A stretch of DNA of 63,320 bases, filler included, from Octopus bimaculoides (Eukaryota): assembly GCF_001194135.2 (NCBI RefSeq). It is 6 parts of 6 records of this genome, joined end to end, with 100 filler letters (N's around TTAATTAATTAA, not from the genome) between each part and the next. Parts side by side here need not be neighbours in the genome. Positions count along the whole stretch, not along the records: positions 15,717 to 28,652 come from NC_068996.1; positions 28,753 to 40,722 come from NC_068995.1; 4 more parts are not named here. The stretch is one strand, 5' to 3'. Within the stretch, counting starts at the first letter, position 1. Every line of letters starts with the position of its first letter. Both the position numbers and the translations under genes were made by a program. The notes under the pieces are model-generated. The model saw only the letters and a program-made list of their open reading frames with translations. It was not told the origin of the DNA and did no database searches. Shown here piece by piece: positions 26,258 through 39,526 of the stretch.

Positions 26258-27699
26258 CCACACATACAGAACACAGCTATAGCAGTTCCTGCGCCGACGT
26301 CTTCATCAATGTACTGTCTACCACAATGTCAACAGACCATATTTTCCTTGTGGAATTTTAATACAAACTGGTTTTCTCTATCTTGGTGTTTTGGGACTTT
26401 TCGCAGTCTATACTACAGACACTTTCACTTGTTCTGTGTTTTTTTTCTCACACACACACTTGTGCACTCATACATTTTCTTTCCTTTCAGGGAAAACAAA
26501 CAATCAGACTTTTACATCGCGTGATTCCAGTTTCCTGGACAGTTGTCATCACGGTTGTTTTGTCATTGTCATTTCATTTATACATTGCATGCATGTATTT
26601 CACAAGTGCACATTCATTTCTTTAATTTTTTTTGTGTGTGTTTTGTGCTACATCTTGTGGGTGGTTTTTCAGTGGCCATCCTGCCTCAGGCGTTCTAACA
26701 GATTTCATTTATCGTGCGTTTCTCGCACTGGCGAGGGAGCCCTGTAGTAACGCCGTGCGNNNNNNNNNNNNNNNNNNNNNNNNNNNNNNNNNNNNNNNNN
26801 NNNNNNNNNNNNNNNNNNNNNNNNNNNNNNNNNNNNNNNNNNNNNNNNNNNNNNNNNNNNNNNNNNNNNNNNNNNNNNNNNNNNNNNNNNNNNNNNNNNN
26901 NNNNNNNNNNNNNNNNNNNNNNNNNNNNNNNNNNNNNNNNNNNNNNNNNNNNNNNNNNNNNNNNNNNNNNNNNNNNNNNNNNNNNNNNNNNNNNNNNNNN
27001 NNNNNNNNNNNNNNNNNNNNNNNNNNNNNNNNNNNNNNNNNNNNNNNNNNNNNNNNNNNNNNNNNNNNNNNNNNNNNNNNNNNNNNNNNNNNNNNNNNNN
27101 NNNNNNNNNNNNNNNNNNNNNNNNNNNNNNNNNNNNNNNNNNNNNNNNNNNNNNNNNNNNNNNNNNNNNNNNNNNNNNNNNNNNNNNNNNNNNNNNNNNN
27201 NNNNNNNNNNNNNNNNNNNNNNNNNNNNNNNNNNNNNNNNNNNNNNNNNNNNNNNNNNNNNNNNNNNNNNNNNNNNNNNNNNNNNNNNNNNNNNNNNNNN
27301 NNNNNNNNNNNNNNNNNNNNNNNNNNNNNNNNNNNNNNNNNNNNNNNNNNNNNNNNNNNNNNNNNNNNNNNNNNNNNNNNNNNNNNNNNNNNNNNNNNNN
27401 NNNNNNNNNNNNNNNNNNNNNNNNNNNNNNNNNNNNNNNNNNNNNNNNNNNNNNNNNNNNNNNNNNNNNNNNNNNNNNNNNNNNNNNNNNNNNNNNNNNN
27501 NNNNNNNNNNNNNNNNNNNNNNNNNNNNNNNNNNNNNNNNNNNNNNNNNNNNNNNNNNNNNNNNNNNNNNNNNNNNNNNNNNNTATATATATATATATAT
27601 ATTAGAAAGTAAAAGTAGGAAGAATTACATCATAAAAATAACAGTAGAAATACATCCATAATATGAATAATATTGTATTAATAAATAAATATATAAAGT

Positions 27700-28270
27700 A
27701 TAAGGAAAGAAGTTTGGAACGGTGGAGGTGTGGTTCCGTGAGATAGCTACTGCCAGGCTACACTTAGCAACACCCTTAAAGATGGAAAAAGTGGTACTTC
27801 TACCCATATACCTTGGGAGGCGTGCATCCAGGGTTAGGGTAGAGGTTATACCCACTGAGATCGATGTAGCCTGGCTAGTAGCTGCCGTACTGCTGGGTAA
27901 CGAAGAAAAGATAGTGGCCCTCCAAGCCATAAGAATGGCACACAAGAACTGGCAAGGGCAGAGCTTGGCCGTGATAATCCAGGTGGTCCCAGAAGACCTT
28001 GAAAGCATAGAGGAGAGACCATCACCATAAAAGATGTGACACTCAGGGTCAGAATGGATGGCAGGACACCGCAATGCTACAAATGTGGCCTGAAGGCCAC
28101 ATTAGAGTGGACTGTCCTCCACTGCCCATAAAGACCAAAGGAAAACTCACAAGATGGGGCCGAACAGCTTCATTTCATTTTCATCCATTATTTTATTCAT
28201 ACCTTACATTCGTTTTTTGTTCCCACCTTGTATTGCCCCCTCTATGTTGACCCCTTGTGGGTAATAAAGA
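27700..28270 (+). mobile_element. Tx1/L1-like LINE remnant: ORF1 (gag-like, CCHC knuckle) followed by a LINE-like 3' tail
   Basis: 102-aa ORF 27722-28030, then CYKCGLK(G)HIRVDC at 28075-28115 (1-nt deletion); ends ccttgtgggtaataaagaaa. Confidence 0.65.
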
Positions 28271-30159
28271 AAACTTTATTCTTATGGATTACATACTGAA
28301 GAGAAAAGGAATTATGGGGCTTCTATCTACACACAGCCATTACAGAATATTACAAAGGATTTTACCATGGATTTATATTATTTTTTCAAAATTTTTAGTC
28401 CAAGTTTATACCAATAACTTTTTAAACAACACCTTTATCATACAATTTTAAATGGCATCTCTATCAGTCAATTGACTACACTGAAATTCATCCTTTTCTC
28501 TGACATGTGGATATACTTCCTAATAATGCTTATCAATTTTGGATTTCATTTTGAAAGGTAATACTTTCATGAAACAATTGTAAGATCTCTCAAATATTTT
28601 TAAATGATCATAGTTATACTTTATATATTTATTTATTAATACAATATTATTTNNNNNNNNNNNNNNNNNNNNNNNNNNNNNNNNNNNNNNNNNNNNTTAA
28701 TTAATTAANNNNNNNNNNNNNNNNNNNNNNNNNNNNNNNNNNNNNNNNNNNNATATATATATATATATATATATACATATATGTATGAATATATATATAT
28801 ACACACATACATTTGCATGTGGGCTGGACGCATGGGAGTGGTGGTGTAGTATCCAGTTGTAGAGAGCAATGAAGAAATTGTAAATAACATGTGATAGTTC
28901 ACTCCAAATATGTATTTGTTTTGCAGAATGTTTTTCCTTCTATTTAACATAACTGAAACTATGCATTGATTTTTCCTCAGAAATTCTGCAGCATTTTAAA
29001 TTGAATGAGTTTGAGACATCCCTCAAGATCGCTGTAACATTCACAAATAACAGAATACTACAGTTCTCTTTAAAAGAAACACATCTCTTTCTTTCGTTTT
29101 TGTGGTGGTATAGATCATTCTGAGAAGCATTTTCACATCATCTTGAATGATTTTATTCATTTTGATTTTTGTCTTTTTTTTTTTGAGAATTTGAAAAAGT
29201 CTTTCAATTTTTTTTTTATTTACATCTATATAAAGACTACGAAATATAACAGTTGGCGTTCATCTTCTACTCTATTCTTATTTTTCAATTAGAAATACTA
29301 TAACGAAAAAACAAGGTATTTTTTCGAATACTTTTAACTATAGGGAGCTTTTCAATCTTTTACACTGTATATTGTTTCATATCATTTAGCATTATCTGCG
29401 ATAATACTAGTTAATTAAATAACTTTAGATATAAACTGTAGCTACTGTTGCTAAAATATTCTTTGGAACTATGCCGACAGTCGGAAAATGTTCACGATTA
29501 TTCATATTCATATCGTAACGGCTATATCGCTGAAGGTAATATGATGTAGTCGAAACGACTGATTAACATGCTGAGCAAATGAAAAGAGAAATACGGTTTA
29601 TAGAAAGAGACCAGTATGTAAAAGTAGCGAGCTGTTGAGTTGTTAATGTTATATTGATTATTATGTAGATTAATTCACATCCAAATTTCTCATTAATTTA
29701 TCACATTAAGAGTTTTGAAAATTACGACACTCTCATTTAATTTCCGCGTTCATCGAAATCCCTATGGTCGCAAGTCTCAATATCCAATATGACTTTCCAA
29801 CACGCTATCATAGCATATAATGAATGTATTGCCAACCAAGAAGCTCATAATGACAGCGTCCAAAATCGCGGAGATGACTTGGATTTTATAGATATTTTAC
29901 TGCATATATTATATAATTTAATAACATCCAAACACACATATGCAAGCTACGTGATTTTGGGGAATTAAATTTTCAATGTGGAAAATGTCATCGCTCTCGG
30001 CACATGTTTTCATTATATTCAATGTAATAATTAATCTATGTAGGCGTACATGAATATAGATCTCTGTAGTCGTTCATTTTTATTTCTATATTATTTCTAT
30101 ATGTAAACATATATGTGTATGCATATATGTATTCATTTGGGTGTGTGAATATATATTTT

Positions 30160-30355
30160 TTAATCGATTTAAATATTTTTTCTATTTGAAAATTTGGTTA
30201 TGAAACACGTGTAGTCGTTTTATTATCATTATCTTATGAAATTTACTTTGCATTATATTTTACTTATTTATTGTCATTTTACTTATTAATTTTTCCTATA
30301 TGTGACTGAGGGTTTTCACCGATGAGTTCATGAACCTTGGTTCTTTTCTCTGAAA
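30160..30355 (+). mobile_element. PLE-like terminal-repeat fragment (family with HHR stem III ACACGTGT)
   Basis: Homologous to 49830-49951 (+) and 43741-43865 (-); contains GAAACACGTGTAGTC at 30202-30216. Confidence 0.6.
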
Positions 30356-30938
30356 NNNNNNNNNNNNNNNNNNNNNNNNNNNNNNNNNNNNNNNNNNNNN
30401 NNNNNNNNNNNNNNNNNNNNNNNNNNNNNNNNNNNNNNNNNNNNNNNNNNNNNNNNNNNNNNNNNNNNNNNNNNNNNNNNNNNNNNNNNNNNNNNNNNNN
30501 NNNNNNNNNNNNNNNNNNNNNNNNNNNNNNNNNNNNNNNNNNNNNNNNNNNNNNNNNNNNNNNNNNNNNNNNNNNNNNNNNNNNNNNNNNNNNNNNNNNN
30601 NNNNNNNNNNNNNNNNNNNNNNNNNNNNNNNNNNNNNNNNNNNNNNNNNNNNNNNNNNNNNNNNNNNNNNNNNNNNNNNNNNNNNNNNNNNNNNNNNNNN
30701 NNNNNNNNNNNNNNNNNNNNNNNNNNNNNNNNNNNNNNNNNNNNNNNNNNNNNNNNNNNNNNNNNNNNNNNNNNNNNNNNNNNNNNNNNNNNNNNNNNNN
30801 NNNNNNNNNNNNNNNNNNNNNNNNNNNNNNNNNNNNNNNNNNNNNNNNTATATATATACATATATATATATATACATATACATATATACGACGGTCTTCT
30901 TTCAGTTTCCGTCTACAGACACAAAGACACACAAACCC

Positions 30939-30982
<44 letters not shown>

Positions 30983-30989
30983 TAACAGA

Positions 30990-31075
30990 ATGAGTATAAA
31001 AATTCCAAGGCTGTGAAAGATTTCAGAACATTTATAATGAGAATGCCTTACAGCTGTTTCCGGGCATCGGAGAGG
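30990..31075 (-). mobile_element. PLE terminal-repeat fragment with degenerate HHR (paralog of 61340-61434)
   Basis: ccaaggc..ttcagaacatttataatgagaa..cttacagctgtttc is shared with 61345-61402. Confidence 0.6.
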
Positions 31076-31382
31076 TGTGAGAAATGATTAAGCAATTGTG
31101 CGACCACTGAATATAGTTGCGGGGATCATGTTTTTGAATAGCTGTAACAAATATCATTGCACCAGGCAAAGTGCCAAACCATATAGTAACTTAGCCGGGT
31201 AGTCAACAACGTCTTCCTTAATAGCGATACATAAACCTAGTAACACAGTCGGCAGGGCTTCTAACCATCTATCCGAATCTGAATGTGTTCGTAAGCCTGC
31301 TTTAAAGTCACGATGAAATCATTCTATTTTTCCGTTAGACACAGAGTAGTAAGTTGTCGTATGAATTCCACACGTTCCTAGT

Positions 31383-31870
31383 ATGTTAGAAAGGTCGGCG
31401 AAAAGATTGTATGCGAACAGGAGACCTCTGTCGGTCGTTATTGTCATACTGATGCAGCAGAGGAAATATTTTCAAAACGTAAACAAACCGATGTGTGTTG
31501 GCATTCCGTCGCTTACGACGTCGAGGGTTCCAGTTGATCCGATCAACGGAACAGCCTGCTCTTGAAATTAACGTGCAAGTGGCTGAGCACTGCACAGACA
31601 CGTGTACCCTTGACGTAGTTCTCGGGGGTATTCAGCGTGACACAGTGTGACAAGGCTGACCCTTTGAATTACAGGCACAACAGGAAGTAAGAGTGAGAGA
31701 AAGTTGTGGTAGAAGAATACAGCAGGGTTCGCCAACATCCCCTGCCGGAGCCTCGTGGAGCTTTAGGTGTTTTCGCTCAATAAACACTCACAACATCCGG
31801 TCTGGGAATCGAAACCGCGATCTTATGACCGCGAGTGCGCTGTCCTAACCACTGGGCCATTGCGCCTCCA
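31383..31870 (-). mobile_element. Full-length tRNA-derived SINE (distinct family, LINE-like 3' tail)
   Basis: Head ggaggcgcaatggcccagtggttagg..ggtttcgattccc with A/B boxes, ~490-bp body. Confidence 0.75.
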
Positions 31871-32733
31871 ATAAACAATCTGATATATAGCTGCTGAAAA
31901 ACATAGAAAAAACACAAAAGAAACAGAAATATTTATACTATATCTTGGAATTTTTATGTATATGTCAATAACGGAACATAACACTAGAAATACAAAAATT
32001 GTATCTCCACAGATATATTTTAACATTCTGTTAGAAGACGACATGACATGAGAAAGAAATAATAGCATACATACAAATGTTGGAGTGAAAGAAGGAAGAA
32101 ACAGATACACAAGTATCGTGAATAGAGGAAGAAAAAGTGTAAAAGCAAACGAACAAAAAAATTTACATCTGAAAAGAAACGAATAAATCCATCTGGTTTC
32201 ACGTTTGGTTTGCAGCAATTTCTTTCCATATACGTTACCAGCAAGATTTGAATATAATGTATTCCCCTTCTCCTACACAAACTATAATGCTCACGTTATA
32301 ACAAAGGTTTAAAGCTATTGTACTGCAGCTTAAAAATGAAGAAGTTTTTATTAAAAAAAAAAGCATTTCTCTGGGGTTTTTTTTAAAAGAACATTGACGC
32401 GGCGCATATGTGTGACCGTTTTAAATATATGCTATGAATAACAGGTTTTAAAACATACATTTATCTTAATTCCATCCTCATTTTCGTTAACACAAAACGT
32501 ACAATGGTTTTAAGGAAAAGACATTGTTATAACAAATTTGTCTATCATCTATCAATCTGTGTATCAATCTATCTATCGATCGATCTAGCTACCTACGTAA
32601 CTACATATCTACCTACCTTACTACATACCTATTTATCGATTCATCTATCTAACACTCTCTCTAGTAATTTCTAATAATATAGACATTTCTCTCCCTCTGT
32701 CTGTTTCTAACCTTTTTCTATTTCTCTCTCCAA

Positions 32734-32789
<56 letters not shown>

Positions 32790-32820
32790 TTCTCTCTCTT
32801 TCTCTATCTCTCTCTCTCAT

Positions 32821-32894
<74 letters not shown>

Positions 32895-33224
32895 CATTAG
32901 AGTTATTACCTCCTTTAATAATGTAATAGTAACACACGGACAAAATAGAAAGTAAACACAGAAACTCGCGGAATAGTATTATGATACATAAATAGATACA
33001 CACACACGCACACACACACATACACACACACACTCACACACATATGAATATAAAAGTGTGTGTATTCTTGCGTGTATATTATATATGTATTATATATATA
33101 TTTATATGTAAATAGCAATATATATCATACATACTACAACAATACCAACTAGAAGAAGAAGAAGAAGAAGACGAAGAAGAAGAAGAAGAAGAAGAAGAAG
33201 AAGAAGAAGAAGAAGAAGAAGAAG

Positions 33225-33277
<53 letters not shown>

Positions 33278-35127
33278 GGAATTATGAAACACGAACGAAA
33301 CACATCTAAGCAGAGAAATAGGTACCTCAGAAGCATAGTTTACGTGTTATGATTTAGAAAATGCTCCATGTGATGCAGAATTAAGTCTCTAGATAGGTTT
33401 ATAATACAAGCTCTAACTTCTTGAAACACAGCTGCTTATGTTTCCGCTCCAAAATTGTAAGCAGATGTTTTATTTGAGTGAGGTATGCTTAAGAGGTGAA
33501 AAATACTGCAAAATATTTTTTTGGAGAGCACTTACGTATCTAATCAGATGATTGAAAAAAATTACTCCTATCTGTTCAATTTTATAATTCCTATTAATAT
33601 ATGAAATAAATGTAATAGTATATGAATATTACCGAGAAACCCAATCTCCTGCACACACAGGAACAAACACACACATACACACAAATATATACATACATTT
33701 TCGTTTATATTAACTTAACTGAAAAATTTTTTAGTCCAATATTTCATAGATTTTATGTATTACAAATTTTCTCTTGAATTTTTCAGTTTTTGAAACTAGT
33801 ATTTTGTATAGTATGCTTTTCTTGATGGTGTCTGATCTCCTTCATTGCGTGAGTTTCTCCATGGTGGTTCTTCTCTAAATTATTAATATANNNNNNNNNN
33901 NNNNTATACAGGCTTCTTACCGTATCGCCCTACCAAATCCTCTCATGAGGCTTCGCCTCGCTCCGAAGCTATAGTAGAAGATACTTACTCAAGGTACCAC
34001 GTATTGGACTGAATCTGAAACTGTGTATTTCGGAAACAATCGTCTTACCTCACACCCACACCTGCGCAGGAGATATAACATTGTTAAGTAATATAGCAAA
34101 ATTTAATCAGCTGCTCTTTAAACTTCAATAACTTTTCCTAAGGTTTTCCCTCATCAATGAAAACGTGAGGTTAAAACGGTGAAGATGAAAAAATTTCATG
34201 TGGGACACTGAGATAGAATTGGTAGAAGATTTGCATGTGGTTCAATAAAGATTTCCTTGTGTTTTTGTGCTATATTTGGAATTAAAATTGTCCTACTAGC
34301 TATAATTACGTAGATGAAGCACTTCTCGTCTTGTTTTATATTAACGAATTATTTTAAGCACCTACAATATTGCTTGCCTAATATAAAATTTCAGGAAGGA
34401 TTTATATTTATTTTCAAATAATTAAAATAAGACATATTACAATAAAGTATAAGAACAGGAATATTAGAACACCAATGAGGACCGTAAGTGAAAAGCTAAC
34501 TGAAGTCACATGTTTCCTAATGACTCTTAACTTGAACGCTGTTTAAGAGCTAAATCCTGAAAGCATCGGCCACCTTCTGGATTCATTATTGATGTCAAAG
34601 AAACGATAAAAGTAATAAATAGAAATAATGAGAATGTGTCGGGTGTTGGAGAAAGAAAAGGCGGGATAGAGAAAATACGAGAGACAGGGCAAAAAGAGAG
34701 AGAAAATAAACAGAAATAAGAGACAGAGAGGCAGAAAAGGGTGGGGGGGGAAATGATGAGAAGGAGTGATATCAAGTGAAATTAAAATGTAGAGACTCAA
34801 GTATATAGAGGGGAAAAAAGAAATAATTTTATAATCTGGAATCCATGGCAGAGATAATAATGTACCAATTTTGCACTGCAGAAGACAGTTTGATACAAGC
34901 TGGATTCTTTAAGGAATTAATGAGACAGTTACAGGTTTGGTGTCTTTAACATATTTTTCGCCGTTTGGTTCTGTTTATTGATAGCACTATTGGTTAGGAC
35001 AGATAAAATGATAGGAACTAATGAAAATGCGCACACAACCTGTAACAAGTATGTGCGTACATTCATACAGCTATATATATATATACATATGCATATATGT
35101 ATTTCTGTGTGGGTATCTTCGACACGT

Positions 35128-35176
<49 letters not shown>

Positions 35177-35186
35177 NNNNNNNNNN

Positions 35187-35226
<40 letters not shown>

Positions 35227-35350
35227 TATATAAACACACACACACACATATATATATATATATGTTTGTATATGCATGTATTGATGTATTAGATATGTAT
35301 ATATACATGTATATATACATATCTGTATATATCCATGAGCGTGTGTATCA

Positions 35351-35384
<34 letters not shown>

Positions 35385-35416
35385 AAGTAAAGTTGTGGAA
35401 TACCGTACGAGTGGAA

Positions 35417-35506
35417 ATATATATGAAAGAAGGTTTGAAAATGCACTTATTTTTTTTAAATATTTTTAAAAGATAAGTGCATTTTCAAACCTTCTTTCAT
35501 ATATAT
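35417..35506. repeat. Perfect inverted repeat, 34-bp arms, 22-nt spacer
   Basis: atatatatgaaagaaggtttgaaaatgcacttat / ataagtgcattttcaaaccttctttcatatatat. Confidence 0.95.
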
Positions 35507-36217
35507 ATATATTTATAGACGGTTTAGATATAGATTCAAGGCTTGAATATGGTACTTATGCGAAGGCACCCGAATTTCACATCCCAAAAGGATGGGTGAT
35601 TAAAATCAAATAATAAGCAACACGGATTTCAAAAGTGATTGCAGTACGCACGTTTCATGCTACTTCAATTTATTTAAGTAATGTGAGCATTACCTTAAAT
35701 GCAATATGAAGAGCAATCTTCAGCTGCACGAAAAAATGTAGAAAAAAGACATATTACAAATGTGGCAACATATTAAAACCAAGTGGGAGAGAGCAGAGGA
35801 AGAATATATAAGTCCATCTTGACATAGCAGGGTCTATCAGGCTATATATATTTATATGTAGGTATGTATTTATCTACGTGTATGTGCGCGCGAGTGTGGC
35901 TCTGTGTGTGTGTGTGTGTGTTGGGTATAGGTAGGTGAACGAGTTGAACGCGTTGCTGGTTGGATACAATATCAAAGTCAGCTTATTGCAGGGATTAAGT
36001 TTTAGACTCTGCTGCTGCAGAATATTACACGTGTTATTGTTGTTGTTTCGAAATGCGGTTAATAGAGCGACCGTAATTGCAAAGAGAAGCATTGGTATTT
36101 GCCTTTTATGCGTTTATATCTTTGCATATATATGCGTTTGTGTTTCTATATACACGAATGCAGATTGTTGGAAGTTTAGATTACTTGTTAGTAACTTTCA
36201 TTTAATGGAACGTTGGG

Positions 36218-36259
<42 letters not shown>

Positions 36260-36419
36260 CTCTTGCTATTAAGAGTCAATATTACGACTGTGTTTATTGC
36301 TGTTGTTACTGTTGTTGTTGAATTAAAGTCTCGTTCTTTCAGCCACATCCATCCAATGCTCCTTTCAGCTAATGTATTTAAAATAAATTATTCGAAATAT
36401 TTTATCTTTTACTTCTCTG

Positions 36420-36600
36420 AGTCATTGGACGACAGTCATGTAGGCGCAACGCCTTGAAGTGTTTAGTTGAGCAAATCAACTGTACTACGAATTCTTATGC
36501 TGTGATCTTATTCTATCGGTACCTCGTGTAACATTAAGTTACACGGACATAGACAAAGCAACGCCTATTGTCAAGTGGTTGAGTGTGAAAAACGCATACC
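36420..36600 (-). mobile_element. Diverged family A SINE tail
   Basis: gtcattggac..gccttgaag..ttagttgagcaaatc..ttattctatcggt. Confidence 0.55.
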
Positions 36601-37639
36601 CTCCTACACATGCATACACGCACATACCCTCCACACAATGACTGAACCAAGTAAGCCGTTCTCTTTGTCCTTCATGTGCGTCCATTGTTTATAATTTCTG
36701 TAATATATTAGACAGTACTTTTCCACCTAATCCTATTTTATCATATCATGGTCGACGTTCCAATAAGATAAGTCTGTCTCAATTTTCCTTTTTACTAATT
36801 CTCCTACGCAATTTCTCCATATGTAATTATTTAATTTTTTTTTTCTCAAAGAGTTGCTTTAGAACTACTTTTAATTCCCGTCTGCTTTAAATTTGCAAGA
36901 TTCAGTAATTGAATTTGTTCATATCTCCTTGTTCTATTTTGTTTTGTTTTTTTTTTATTTGAGTCTACATGAGTTACTGGTGAGCGCTCACATACTCATA
37001 TATGATTATAATTATGCATAGGGAAAAATTCACAAAAAAAAAAGACGAAGGCAGGTGGTGTAGGCAACAAACAGATGTATTAGTTTAACGTTCAGAAAGT
37101 GAAGAAGAGCCTACGCTCTTCCACAGAGAGGAACACAGAAAGAAACAACGAGAGAAAATAATGAATGCGTAGTAGCTAGCAATCTATTCTCGTGAATGCC
37201 AGACAGGGGGGTCAAACAGGAGAGCTAGGAAGAAGGGGAGATAATCTGTATAAGAGAGTATGTATGTGCGAGTTGAAGAGTGCTGGTGACCTTGACGTGT
37301 GCGTGTGTGTATGTGTAGGTGCGTGGATGTGGGGCTGGTAATTGGTCAGTCCTAGTTTGTGCGTGGTGGTGTGATGTGATGTGGTGTTGTGTGGTATGGT
37401 GGTGTATGGTGTAGTGGTGTGTGGTGTGGTGTGGTGTGATTGTGTTGGGAGGTGGGGAGGCGAGAGTGGGAAAGAAAGGGTGGGGTGTGGGTTAGAATGG
37501 GGGGTAGAGCTGGTGTATGTGGGTAGGCTGAGGGTGGGATAGAGGTGGGGTGAGTAGNNNNNNNNNNNNNNNNNNNNNNNNNNNNNNNNNNNNNNNNNNN
37601 NNNNNNNNNNNNNNNNNNNNNNNNNNNNNNNGTGGGTGG

Positions 37640-38640
37640 GGTTGGATGGATAGGGAAGGTGGATTTCGAGCGTTCAGGGGTGGAGTGGGTTTACGATGTA
37701 CGGGTGACAATGAAGGTGCAAGGGAGAAGGTGGGTAGGAGGGAAAAGAGGAAAGGAGAGTAGGAGTGAGGAGAAGAAGTAGGAGTCGGAGCGAGAGATGA
37801 GACGTGGTTGGGAGGAAGTAAGCGTGAGGGGGAGAGAGGTAAGGGGAGGAGGTTAAAGGAAAAGGGGAAGAGAGTTTTAGCCGATGTGGCGCAAAGGATT
37901 AATCCCTGTTCACGAGTCCGAAATTCGTGGCTGGATGGAGAGAAGGGGGAGAAGCGCAGACCCCTACTGAAGTGGGAGCGCTCCGCCTCAGAGAGGGGAA
38001 GATCTGGAGGAAAGGTAACAACAGACTGAAGTGGCGGTGTGGATAGGAAACAAGTAGGAGGGGTGGATACGATAGAAGTAGGAGGGGTGATGGGGATGGT
38101 GAAAGCTGGGAGGGAGAGGATGGGGATATGTGGGGGTGTTCGAGGGAATATGGTTGGGTGAGTTTGGAGGAAGGAGAGGGGAGGGAGAGGGGTAATGGAG
38201 GATTTAGGGTAGTGGCTTCGAGTGGTGGATTGGAGGATTAAGTGGAGTTTACGTTGTTTGGTGTGAGCGAGAAATCGATGAAAGAGATGATTTAAATGAA
38301 TTATGTAACGTAACGTAGTGTTTGCCTGGGAAGGGGACTGAGAGGAGAAAAAGATGGAAAAAACAAGGGGGAGAGACAGTCGATAGTGTGTATTTTGGAG
38401 ATATTAGAGCGAATGATGGCACGCATAATACGGTAGGGTGTAGTACGGAGTATGGGTAGGATGGTTGTAGCGGAGTGGAGAGTGGGGTCGAAATTGAGGC
38501 GGAAACATTTGGGATGAAGCGTTCATGCAAGCAGCGACTGAGAAACGAAATGTGACTACAGAAACGAGTTCTTTTGAAAATGAGTTGGGAAAGGTTAATA
38601 GGAGGCGGAAAGCAGTGGAAAGGATGCGTTTTAGACGGTG
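37640..38640 (-). mobile_element. Penelope-like element ORF N-terminal remnant
   Basis: RTRFCSHISFLSRCLHERFIP and VVTFPPDLPLSEAERSHFSRGLRFSP..HEF resemble PLE N-terminal blocks (HxxFLxxC..IP; LSxxExxxLxKGLxFxP), separated by low-complexity DNA. Confidence 0.55.
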
Positions 38641-39116
38641 GTGGAGGTGGAGGTGGAGGAGGAAAGACGTGAAATCGAGCATGATTGTAAAACGAGAAGA
38701 GAAGAGAAAGAAACGAGAAAAATGGGAAAAGTGGGGAGAGAGAAGGTAAATAAAGACGTGGAGAGGAAAACTTCAATAGGTGAGGGGTGAAAAAAAAAGG
38801 AAAAGTTGTGAGGAGAATAAATGCAAAAGACGTGAGAAGAAAAAATATATATGAGAAATGGGAGAAAATATAAAAAAAACAGGGAAAGAAAGAATGAAGA
38901 CGGAATAAACAGACAGAAAAGTGGGAAGAAGGGGAGAAGAGAAAACGAAAGGGCAAAAGAAAGGGAGGGAGAGACAGGCAAGGTAAGAGGTGCGGATTAG
39001 AGAAAACAGAGTAAGAACAACCAGAGTAGGAAGAAACGACAATAGGAAAAAGCAGAAAGTACAAAAAAAAATTTAGAAAGTATAAAAAAGTTACGAAAAG
39101 TTCAAAAGGCTCATAG

Positions 39117-39193
<77 letters not shown>

Positions 39194-39374
39194 TACATAC
39201 AGAGACAGACAGAGATGTAGTAATAAATACATAGATGCATACATTCATATGTTGATATAAATATCGTTCTCGATATGAATATGCAGGTAAAGCTGTAGAT
39301 ATAGTTAAATGAATAAATGGACAGATAGAGGAAATCTGAGATAAATAGATACATGGAGAAATAAAAGAGGTAGC

Positions 39375-39526
<152 letters not shown>

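Larger units (their letters stand above)
24814..26759 (+). mobile_element. Gypsy/Ty3 LTR retrotransposon (5' LTR 24814-25175; 3' LTR starts 26743 and runs into a gap)
   Basis: TGTAGTAACGCCGTGCG repeated at 24814 and 26743; LTR ends TACTAAA; AATAAA at 25063; PBS at 25177; integrase C-terminus RKYFFEVFANGRTE..VDRL..AYL at ~25990-26070; purine tract GGCGAGGGAG at 26730-26739. Confidence 0.85.

Noticed and set aside
30315-30355. CCGATGAG...TGAAA next to a gap
   Set aside because: Core is CCGAUGA rather than CUGAUGA, and the paralog at 43741 lacks GAAA; not supportable as an HHR.
38249-39244. 331-aa minus-strand ORF
   Set aside because: Mostly F/L/S/I low-complexity and (TA)n translation; only a short PLE-like block is meaningful.
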